In this document: positions 22,160-64,000 of the stretch, piece after piece | Layout of the letters: each line of letters opens with the position of its first letter | Numbering within the stretch: the stretch's first letter is position 1 | Source of the DNA: Macrostomum lignano | Taxonomy: Eukaryota | Assembly (NCBI GenBank): GCA_002269645.1 | Contig: NIVC01001122.1 | Coordinates: forward strand, 310,001 to 374,000 | Direction of reading: 5' to 3' | Length of the DNA: 64,000 nt | Position numbers and translations under genes: made by a program | The notes under the pieces: model-generated | Told to the model about the DNA's origin: nothing | The model's input: the letters and a program-made list of their open reading frames with translations, nothing else | Databases searched by the model: none

Positions 22160-25100
22160 CTCAGATCCTCAGACATAATCACCACACTCCCAGATCCTCA
22201 GACTCCCAGATCCTCAGACTGAGTAGCCACACTCCCAGAACCTCAGACTGAGCAGCCACTCTCCCAGATACTCAGACTGAGTAGCCACACTCCCAGATCC
22301 TCAGACTGAGTAGCCAAACTCCCAGATACTCAGACTGAGCAGCCACACTCCCAGATCCTCAGACTCCCAGATACTCAGACTGAGTAGCCACACTCCCAGA
22401 TACTCAGACTGAGCAGCCACACTCCCAGACCCCCAGACTGAGTAGCCACTCTCCCAGATACTCAGACTGATTAGCCACACTCCCAGATCCTCAGACTGAG
22501 CAGCCACTCTCCCAGATACTCAGACTGAGCAGCCACACTCCCAGATCCTCAGACTGAGCAGCCACACTCCCAGATCCTCAGACTCCCAGATACTCAGACT
22601 GAGTAGCCACACTCCCAGATACTCAGACTGAGCAGCCACACTCCCAGACCCCCAGACTGAGTAGCCACTCTCCCAGATACTCAGACTGATTAGCCACACT
22701 CCCAGATCCTCAGACTGAGCAGCCACTCTCCCAGATACTCAGACTGATTAGCCACACTCCCAGATCCTCAGACTGAGCAGCCACTCTCCCAGATACTCAG
22801 ACTGAGCAGCCACACTCCCAGATCCTCAGACTGAGCAGCCACACTCCCAGATCCTCAGACTAAGCAGCCACACTCCCAGATACTCAGACTGAGCAGCCAC
22901 ACCCCCAGATACTCAACTCAGACTGAGTAGCCACACTCCCAGACCCTCAGACTGAGTAGCCACACTCCCAGACCCTCAGACTGAGTAGCTACACTCCCAG
23001 ATCCTCAGACTGAGTAGCCACACTCCCAGACCCTCAGACTGAGTAGCCACACTCCCAGACCCTCAGACTGAGTAGCCACACTCCCAGATCCTCAGACTGA
23101 GTAGCCACACTCCCAGACCCTCAGACTGAGTAGCCACACTCCCAGACCCTCAGACTGAGTAGCCACACTCCCAGATCCTCAGACTGAGTAGCCACACTCC
23201 CAGAACCTCAGACTGAGCAGCCACTCTCCCAGATACTCAGACTGAGTAGCCACACTCCCAGATCCTCAGACTGAGTAGCCAAACTCCCAGATACTCAGAC
23301 TGAGCAGCCACACTCCCAGATCCTCAGACTCCCAGATACTCAGACTGAGTAGCCACACTCCAGATACTCAGACTGAGCAGCCACACTCCCAGACCCCCAG
23401 ACTGAGTAGCCACTCTCCCAGATACTCAGACTGATTAGCCACACTCCCAGATCCTCAGACTGAGCAGCCACTCTCCCAGATACTCAGACTGAGCAGCCAC
23501 ACTCCCAGATCCTCAGACTCCCAGATACTCAGACAGAGTAGCCACACTCCCAGATACTCAGACTGAGCAGCCACACTCCCAGACCCCAGACTGAGTAGCC
23601 ACTCTCCCAGATACTCAGACTGATTAGCCACACTCCCAGATCCTCAGACTGAGCAGCCACTCTCCCAGATACTCAGACTGATTAGCCACACTCCCAGATC
23701 CTCAGACTGAGCAGCCACACTCCCAGATCCTCAGACTAAGCAGCCACACTCCCAGATACTCAGACTGAGCAGCCACACCCCCAGATACTCAACTCAGACT
23801 GAGTAGCCACACTCCCAGACCCTCAGACTGAGTAGCCACACTCCCAGACCCTCAGACTGAGTAGCTACACTCCCAGATCCTCAGACTGAGTAGCCACACT
23901 CCCAGACCCTCAGACTGAGTAGCCACACTCCCAGACCCTCAGACTGAGTAGCCACACTCCCAGACCCTCAGACTGAGTAGCCACACTCCCAGATCCTCAG
24001 ACTGAGTAGCCACACTCCCAGACCCTCAGACTGAGTAGCCACACTCCCAGACCCTCAGACTGAGTAGCTACACTCCCAGATCCTCAGACTGAGTAGCCAC
24101 ACTCCCAGACCCTCAGACTGAGTAGCCACACTCCCAGACCCTCAGACTGAGTAGCCACACTCCCAGATCCTCAGACTGAGTAGCCACACTCCCAGACCCT
24201 CAGACTGAGTAGCCACACTCCCAGACCCTCAGACTGAGTAGCCACACTCCCAGATCCTCAGACTGAGTAGCCACACTCCCAGAACCTCAGACTGAGCAGC
24301 CACTCTCCCAGATACTCAGACTGAGTAGCCACACTCCCAGATCCTCAGACTGAGTAGCCAAACTCCCAGATACTCAGACTGAGCAGCCACACTCCCAGAT
24401 CCTCAGACTGAGTAGCCACACTCCCAGATCCTCAGACTGAGTAGCTACACTCCCAGACCCTCAGACTGAGTAGCCACACTCCCAGATCCTCAGACTGAGT
24501 AGCCACACTCCCAGACCCTCAGACTGAGTAGCCACACTCCCAGACCCTCAGACTGAGTAGCCACACTTCCAGACCCTCAGACTGAGTAGCCACACTCCCA
24601 GACCCTCAGACTGAGTAGCCACACTCCCAGACCCTCAGACTGAGTAGCCACACTCCCAGACCCTCAGACTGAGTAGCCACACTCCCAGATCCTCAGACTG
24701 AGTAGCCACACTCCCAGACCCTCAGACTGAGTAGCTACACTCCCAGACCCTCAGACTGAGTAGCCACACTCCCAGATCCTCAGACTGAGTAGCCACACTC
24801 CCAGATACTCAGACTGAGCAGCCACACTCCCAGATCCTCAGACTGAGTAGCCACACTCCCAGATCCTCAGACTCCCAGATACTCAGACTGAGTAGCCACT
24901 CTCCCAGATACTCAGACTGAGCAGCCACACTCCCTGATCCTCAGACTCCCAGATACTCAGACTGAGCAGCCACACTCCCAGAACCTCAGACTGAGCAGCC
25001 ACACTCCCAGATCCTCAGACTGAGCAGCCACACTCCCAGACCCTCAGACTGAGTAGCCACACTCCCAGATACTCAGACTGAGTAGTCAAACTCCCAGACC

Positions 25101-27290
25101 CTCAGACTGAGTAGCCACACTCCCAGATCCTCAGACTGAGTAGCTACACTCCCAGATCCTCAGACTGAGTAGCCACACTCCCAGACCCTCAGACTGAGTA
25201 GCCACACTCCCAGACCCTCAGACTGAGTAGCCACACTCCCAGATCCTCAGACTGAGTAGCCACACTCCCAGACCCTCAGACTGAGTAGCCACACTCCCAG
25301 ACCCTCAGACTGAGTAGCCACACTCCCAGATCCTCAGACTGAGTAGCCACACTCCCAGAACCTCAGACTGAGCAGCCACTCTCCCAGATACTCAGACTGA
25401 GTAGCCACACTCCCAGATCCTCAGACTGAGTAGCCAAACTCCCAGATACTCAGACTGAGCAGCCACACTCCCAGATCCTCAGACTCCCAGATACTCAGAC
25501 TGAGTAGCCACACTCCCAGATACTCAGACTGAGCAGCCACACTCCCAGACCCCCAGACTGAGTAGCCACTCTCCCAGATACTCAGACTGATTAGCCACAC
25601 TCCCAGATCCTCAGACTGAGCAGCCACTCTCCCAGATACTCAGACTGAGCAGCCACACTCCCAGATCCTCAGACTCCCAGATACTCAGACAGAGTAGCCA
25701 CACTCCCAGATACTCAGACTGAGCAGCCACACTCCCAGACCCCCAGACTGAGTAGCCACTCTCCCAGATACTCAGACTGATTAGCCACACTCCCAGATCC
25801 TCAGACTGAGCAGCCACTCTCCCAGATACTCAGACTGATTAGCCACACTCCCAGATCCTCAGACTGAGCAGCCACACTCCCAGATCCTCAGACTAAGCAG
25901 CCACACTCCCAGATACTCAGACTGAGCAGCCACACCCCCAGATACTCAACTCAGACTGAGTAGCCACACTCCCAGACCCTCAGACTGAGTAGCCACACTC
26001 CCAGACCCTCAGACTGAGTAGCTACACTCCCAGATCCTCAGACTGAGTAGCCACACTCCCAGACCCTCAGACTGAGTAGCCACACTCCCAGACCCTCAGA
26101 CTGAGTAGCCACACTCCCAGACCCTCAGACTGAGTAGCCACACTCCCAGATCCTCAGACTGAGTAGCCACACTCCCAGACCCTCAGACTGAGTAGCCACA
26201 CTCCCAGACCCTCAGACTGAGTAGCTACACTCCCAGATCCTCAGACTGAGTAGCCACACTCCCAGACCCTCAGACTGAGTAGCCACACTCCCAGACCCTC
26301 AGACTGAGTAGCCACACTCCCAGATCCTCAGACTGAGTAGCCACACTCCCAGACCCTCAGACTGAGTAGCCACACTCCCAGACCCTCAGACTGAGTAGCC
26401 ACACTCCCAGATCCTCAGACTGAGTAGCCACACTCCCAGAACCTCAGACTGAGCAGCCACTCTCCCAGATACTCAGACTGAGTAGCCACACTCCCAGATC
26501 CTCAGACTGAGTAGCCAAACTCCCAGATACTCAGACTGAGCAGCCACACTCCCAGATCCTCAGACTGAGTAGCCACACTCCCAGATCCTCAGACTGAGTA
26601 GCTACACTCCCAGACCCTCAGACTGAGTAGCCACACTCCCAGATCCTCAGACTGAGTAGCCACACTCCCAGACCCTCAGACTGAGTAGCCACACTCCCAG
26701 ACCCTCAGACTGAGTAGCCACACTTCCAGACCCTCAGACTGAGTAGCCACACTCCCAGACCCTCAGACTGAGTAGCCACACTCCCAGACCCTCAGACTGA
26801 GTAGCCACACTCCCAGACCCTCAGACTGAGTAGCCACACTCCCAGATCCTCAGACTGAGTAGCCACACTCCCAGACCCTCAGACTGAGTAGCTACACTCC
26901 CAGACCCTCAGACTGAGTAGCCACACTCCCAGATCCTCAGACTGAGTAGCCACACTCCCAGATACTCAGACTGAGCAGCCACACTCCCAGATCCTCAGAC
27001 TGAGTAGCCACACTCCCAGATCCTCAGACTCCCAGATACTCAGACTGAGTAGCCACTCTCCCAGATACTCAGACTGAGCAGCCACACTCCCTGATCCTCA
27101 GACTCCCAGATACTCAGACTGAGCAGCCACACTCCCAGAACCTCAGACTGAGCAGCCACACTCCCAGATCCTCAGACTGAGCAGCCACACTCCCAGACCC
27201 TCAGACTGAGTAGCCACACTCCCAGATACTCAGACTGAGTAGTCAAACTCCCAGACCCTCAGACAGAGCAGCCACACTCCCAGATCCTCC
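22160..27290. repeat. 29-bp satellite CTCAGACTGAGTAGCCACACTCCCAGATC, block 1, with higher-order duplication
   Basis: 5.1-kb array. Rare variants recur at a 2157-bp spacing. Confidence 0.97.
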
Positions 27291-28042
27291 TGCAGTGCTT
27301 AAAGCACCCTGAATTTAATAAGCGCAGAGTGAAACAATGACAAATTATAAGTGTGATTGTTGTGAACAAGCAGTTCACAAATACTACGCTCAGCTGCTGA
27401 GGGGTAAATAAATCACCGAGGGTTGAGAAAATCCAATCTCGGAGCAGAAGTTGACCTTGACCTAGATTCGCACCTTGTGCAGGTTCTACGCCTGATTTTG
27501 GGCCTACAGGTGCGCGCGGAAGCTGCCTTATTAAAGCTTGGATTAGCAGATCAATGATGGACAAGCGGCCCGCACTCTGACAGGCTGCTGCCAGATATAG
27601 ATAACGAAACTTGCTACGAGAAAAAGTCCAGGTTTTTACACGCTCGACTTTGCTGCTGCCACCTGCTGTGCGCCGTGGGGAGGTTCTTATCGGCTGTGAG
27701 AACTAGGCGGGGGGGAGTGGGATCAGACACTGCGACTGGCTATGCATCAAAGATGCTTGAAGGACGCAGCCCCATTAGTGGCAACTGCAGGACACCAGAA
27801 GCGGATTAGGGAGGCCGAGGACTGGGGCAAGACGGACGGCAGAGAGCCTCAGTGACAGAGTTGCTGGAGTGCGAACAGTTTTCAAGCAATAGCAACTGAA
27901 TAATGAGAGCCATTTGTTGCCGAATCGTTCGCCAATGTAATGCAATTTTCTCTCTGCTTCTGCTACAGGACAGGGGGTCGGGCGGGGGGGTCAAGCGAGG
28001 AAATTTCCTTGCGACGAGAATAGAAAGGCGCAATCGATTGAA

Positions 28043-28056
28043 ATCACCATGGCAAC
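28043..28056 (+). promoter_or_regulatory. RFX X-box motif ATCACC AT GGCAAC
   Basis: Fits the RTHNYY-WT-RRNRAC consensus. Lies in a non-repetitive island that also has GC-rich and ATTGG motifs. Confidence 0.4.
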
Positions 28057-28499
28057 CAGCTATAATACACGTTTAGCTATGCTTTCTAGCTGTGGCAGTT
28101 TAGAAAGTTCATTGGCTGAGCAACCGCTGGGATTCAAGTTGAGAAACTTAATAAGAGAGTGGGATATTTTACAAAGAGAATGGTGAGATTCCCGTGATGC
28201 CACTGCTCATCTTTCCGCTTTGAAGTGAGAGCCCCTGTCTGCGAGCTGTTGTACAAATGGTTTGCTAGCTGGTGCGCGACTCCTTTTCCTACTTTTAACT
28301 TTTTTTGCTAACGACTGCAAAGTTGAAAAAAACGTGACAGCTGGAGGGACAGGCGGGCGTGACATTCGATTGGAACAGAAAACTCCCAGTTTTTTATTAT
28401 TCAAACTTTTCCCCTGCTAGCTCATTAGCTATGTGTGTGCTTTGCCCCAGATTCTCATGAGGGCAGAAGCTGTACTTGTAGAACTCTTGCAGTCCGGGT

Positions 28500-29190
28500 C
28501 CTCCCAGATCCTCAGATTCCCAGATCCTCAGACTCCCATATCCTCAGACTCCCAGATTTTCAGACTCCCATATCCTCAGACTCCCAGATCCTCAGACTGA
28601 GTAGCTACACTCCTAGATCCTCAGATTGAGCAGCCACACTCCCAGATCCTCAGACTGAGCAGCCACACTCCCAGATCCCCAGACTGAGCAGCCACACTCC
28701 CAGATCCTCAGACTGAGCAGCCACACTCCCAGATCCTCAGACTGAGGAGCCACACTCCCAGATCCCCAGACTGAGCAGCCACACTCCCAGATCCCAAGAC
28801 TGAGCAGCCACACTCCCAGATCCCCAGACTGAGCAGCCACACTCCCAGATCCTCAGACTGAGCAGCCACACTCCCAGATCCTCAGACTGAGGAGCCACAC
28901 TCCCAGATCCCCAGACTGAGCAGCCACACTCCCAGATCCCAAGACTGAGCAGCCACACTCCAGATCCTCAGACTGAGCAGCCACACTCCCAGATCCTCAG
29001 ACTGAGCAGCCACACTCCCAGATCCTCAGACTGAGCAGCCACACTCCCAGATCCTCAGACTGAGTAGCTACACTCCTAGGTCCTCAGACTGAGTAGCTAC
29101 ACTCCTAGATCCTCAGATTGAGTAGCTACACTCCTAGATCCTCAGAATAAGCACTCCCAGATCCTCAGACTCCCAGATCTTCAGACTCCG
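28500..29190. repeat. 29-bp satellite, block 2 (same family as 22160-27290)
   Basis: Same unit resumes after about 1.2 kb of unique sequence. Confidence 0.95.
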
Positions 29191-30304
29191 CATGTCCGCA
29201 TGTCGTGGTTCTTGAAAAGTGCAGTTTTTGAGGTTCGAACAATTGACGCTGGAGTTCTTAGAAATTCCGGCCATACTTGAAACTTGCGAGTGACAACTGA
29301 ACAGCGATCGAATGTGCCAGACTGTCTCTCTCTCTCACACTGTCATTCACGCTCACCCAGTCTCTGCTTCCCATGTTTTTGCAGATGTCCTGGTAGCAGT
29401 TGTGTCTCACAATACTTCATCCCTTCCAACTGTCTAAAATACTGTTGCAGAAAATCTGACAGCGGCATCCCAGCGGGACAGCGTGCGACCTGTCACTCAA
29501 CCCCTGTTGCTACAGGCTGCAGTGACTCGGCCCTTGCACTACTAGCTGGGGAGTAAAGATTTCGTCGTTTTTAGGATAAAAATCTAGCAGGATGTCTTAG
29601 TTGGTTCCAGCAGTTACCGAAACCAATCTATCTGAGGCAGCATTATCCCACTTCCCATCCTGTTCCTGTCCAGGGAGGCTCCCTCAGACTCATCGCATCG
29701 CTCCATCACTGTCCTCAGGGGAGCCTTCAGCCTCAACAGTGGGTGCTGCTCAAGGCTGAAGGAATAGAAATGGAATCTGGGCCTTAATTATCAGCATCAG
29801 GCTGTGCTCGACGTACAAAGAAAAGTACGAGTTCAAATCAAAGCACTGCGATCTCCTAAGCCACAAGTATATCACCAATAAGTCATTTCAGATGGGCTAA
29901 TTACATTCGAACTTAGTAAACATCCTACCTTTTGTTGCCTGTTTCGATCTGCAGTCGCTTCTCTGTATCTTAATTGTAATTATCTCTATGGAAACAGAAT
30001 TTATTGACACTAACTTTTGATACCTTGTATTGCGGGTTTCAGAATTTCAGCAGGTAGCAACAGAAAAAGGGAATTATCGATCTGTCTGTGATTGCAGAAA
30101 GTGGCGCTTGGGGCTTAACTGGTGGACAGCGAATTCCAGACTCAGACGGGGGGCTCTGGCCTATGGACTTTGGTTTGATTCTTGCTGGCTTGCTGCTGAT
30201 TGGCTACAGATTGGGTGAACTGAATGGCTGCCGAACTCGGCTCTGATTGGCTGAGCCACGGGCTGTGACTAATGAGCTTGTGTGTCTGTCAGTCTGTCTG
30301 TCTG

Positions 30305-30991
<687 letters not shown>

Positions 30992-31240
30992 TCTAGTAGT
31001 TTTTTCCAGTATTTAAAAGAAATTAAGAATGCAACTACATGTACATGTGAGCTACTATCGTTGAGCCTTTGCAGTAGTATAATACGCATTTATGACGTTA
31101 TTTAGGTATATAAAGTATAGCTTTATATAGTATTGCCCGACCTGTTGGAAAACACCCCCACTACGAGTAGAAGCTCTTGCATTTTGCTAATTCTCTAGAA
31201 TTCCTATTTCAAAAACTTCCATATCTGAAGAAATTAAAAC

Positions 31241-33066
31241 TTTGTTGCACATTTCCGATTTAAAAAATAAAAATACGCGGTTAGCGTCACAGGGCTCATG
31301 AAAAATGAAAACTCTCATAAGAAATCCTATGAGAAATCTAATTAGAAATCCAATGAGAAATCCAATGAGAAATCCAATGAAAACTCTCATAAGAAATCCC
31401 ATGAGAAATCTAATTAGAAATCCAATGAGAAATCCAATGAAAAATCCCATGAGAAATCCAATGAAAAATCCCATGAGAAATCCAATTAGAAATCCAATGA
31501 GAAATCCAAGGAGAAATCCAAGGAGAAATCCAATCAGAAATCCTATGAGAATCCTATGAGAAATCCAATCAGAAATCCAATGAGATATCCAATGAGAAAT
31601 CCCATGAGAAATCCAATGAGAAATTCAAAGAGAAATCCAATGAGAAATCCAATGAGAAATCCAATGAGATATCCAATGAGAAATCCAATGAGAAATCCAA
31701 TGAGAAATCCAATTAGAAATCCAATTAGAAATCCAATTAGAATTCCAATGAGAAATCCCATGAGAAATCCAATGAGAAATTCAAAGAGAAATCCAATGAG
31801 AAATCCAATGAGAAATCCAATGAGAAATCCAATGAGAAATCCAATAAGAAATCCCTGAGAAATCTCATAAGAGATCCCCTGAAAAATCTCATAAGAGATC
31901 CCATGAGAAATCCAATGAGAAATCCAATTAGAAATCCAGTGAGAATCCAACGAGAATCCATGCAATGAGAAATCCAATGAGAATTTTGTTGCACATTTCC
32001 GATTTAAAAAATGAAAATACGCGGTTAGCGTCACAGGGCTCATGAAAAATGAAAACTCTCATAAGAAATCCCATGAGAAATCTAATTAGAAATCCAATGA
32101 GAAATCCAAGGAGAAATCCAATGAGAAATCCAATCAGAAATCCTATGAGAATCCTATGAGAAATCCAATCAGAAATCCAATGAGATATCCAATGAGAATC
32201 CTATGAGAAATCCAATCAGAAATCCAATGAGAAATCCTATGAGAATCCTATGAGAAATCCAATCAGAAATCCAATGAGATATCCAATGAGAAATCGCATG
32301 AGAAATCCAATGAGAAATCCCATGAGAAATCCAATGAGAATCCAGTGAGAAATCCAATGAGAAATCCCATGAGAAATCCAATGAGAAATCCCATGAGAAA
32401 TCCAATGAGAAATCCCATGAGAAATCCAATGAGAAATCCCAAAAGAAATATCATGAGAAATCCAATCAGAAATCTAATGAGAAATCCAATGAGAAATCCA
32501 ATGAGAAATATCATGAGAATCCAATGAGAAATCCTATGAGAATCCTATGAGAAATCCAATCAGAAATCCAATGAGATATCCAATGAGAAATCGCATGAGA
32601 AATCCAATGAGAAATCCCATGAGAAATCCAATCAGAATCCAGTGAGAAATCCAATGAGAAATCCCATGAGAAATCCAATGAGAAATCCCATGAGAAATCC
32701 AATGAGAAATCCCATGAGAAATCCAATGAGAAATCCCATGTGAAATCCCATGAGAAATCCAATGAGAAATCCCATGAGAAATCCAATGAGAAATCCCATG
32801 TGAAATCCCATGAGAAATCCAATGAGAAATCCCATGAGAAATCCCATGTGAAATCCCATGAGAAATCCAATGAGAAATCCCATGAGAAATCCAATGAGAA
32901 ATCCCATGAGAAATCCCATGTGAAATCCCATGAGAAATCCAATGAGAAATCCCATGAGAAATCCAATGAGAAATCCCATGAGAAATCCCATGTGAAATCC
33001 CATGAGAAATCCCATGAGAAATCCCATGTGAAATCCCATGAGAAATCCAATGAGAATCCAGTGAGA
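31241..33066. repeat. 12-bp minisatellite ATGAGAAATCC(A/C) with a duplicated ~75-bp unique head
   Basis: The head TTTGTTGCACATTTCCG..GGGCTCATG occurs at 31241 and 31985, each followed by the array. Confidence 0.95.
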
Positions 33067-33254
33067 AATGCCACAAAGAACGTCAATAATCGCCAATTTG
33101 AAAAAAAACTGCTCGGCCCGTCAAGACATGATCTTGAGTCAAGAGCCCAGCAACCAGCCCTCTTTTATTTGCTCAATCTAAACACATTTTTCTCCTAATA
33201 TTCCAAACTCTCTCCCAGCTCCTCCGCAGCTAGCAGAGACACATTCAGCCTATT

Positions 33255-33268
33255 GTCTCCATGGCAAC
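33255..33268 (+). promoter_or_regulatory. RFX X-box GTCTCC AT GGCAAC about 450 bp upstream of the polycystin ATG
   Basis: Near-canonical X-box. PKD genes are ciliary and RFX regulates ciliary genes (established). A CCAAT box (ATTGG, 33574) and a 16-bp palindrome (33581-33596) lie nearby. Confidence 0.6.
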
Positions 33269-33715
33269 GCAGTATTTGTTTATCCGTGAGTGGCAGCGCT
33301 ATCGCCGCTTCACATCAGCGCCCCCTCCCGGGCTCCCGCCACCGGAAGCGACACGCATTTATCTTGCTTTTCTTGCTTTCGCTGTTCTGCAAGCAACGGA
33401 AGAAGAAGTGATGGAAGCGAGAAATTTAACGCGTATCTTATAGTCACTTTTGCAGCAATAGTGAGCTGGGCTGAGCTAAGCGCTTTTGAGGCATCCGTTT
33501 TAGTTATCGATTGGCAGTGGAAGACAACAGGCTTTTATCTCTAAAGCCCGAAGACTCACCTGCCCCATCGCTCATTGGTTATTGCAATATTGCAATTATC
33601 GCGCATTTAACTTCTGTTGCAAACGCTTCTACGAGTAACTCGAATTTCGTTCATTTCTAGAATCTGACTGGGAAATTCATTGAAACAGGACCCGTCAATT
33701 TGAGAAGTGTAAGCA

Positions 33716-64000
<30,285 letters not shown>

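Overview
Intron-rich animal genomic DNA with GC/CpG-rich exons and a very high load of tandem repeats. The style resembles a lophotrochozoan, possibly a Macrostomum-type flatworm, but the taxon is inference only. I reconstructed three protein-coding genes by hand from GT-AG sites and reading-frame continuity. (1) An R7-family RGS gene (DEP-DHEX-GGL-RGS; 3 exons, + strand, 3492-6226, about 526 aa). (2) A class-A neuropeptide GPCR of the sex-peptide/MIP/FMRFamide-like receptor group (2 exons, - strand, 19407-13010, about 458 aa). (3) A giant polycystin-1-like gene (signal peptide, WSC, PKD repeats, REJ, GAIN/GPS, TM1, PLAT, TMs, TOP domain; at least 28 exons and about 3,880 codons, + strand, from 33716 past the window end). 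Most of the remaining sequence is mini/microsatellite, nested non-autonomous DNA transposons, two tRNA-derived SINE families (one with a CORE domain) and LINE fragments. No prokaryotic systems, CRISPR arrays or rRNA genes were seen. The best leads are: patchy, RIP-like C>T/G>A decay in repeats (including CpA>TpA with CpG spared); three RFX X-box motifs in and upstream of the polycystin gene; a different minisatellite in almost every large intron, some made of splice-site-like units (including a 14-copy array of potential 9-nt micro-exons); a divergent GPS cleavage site; and a multi-hairpin element with GCGAAGC mini-hairpins. All counts were made by eye, and no database searches were run.
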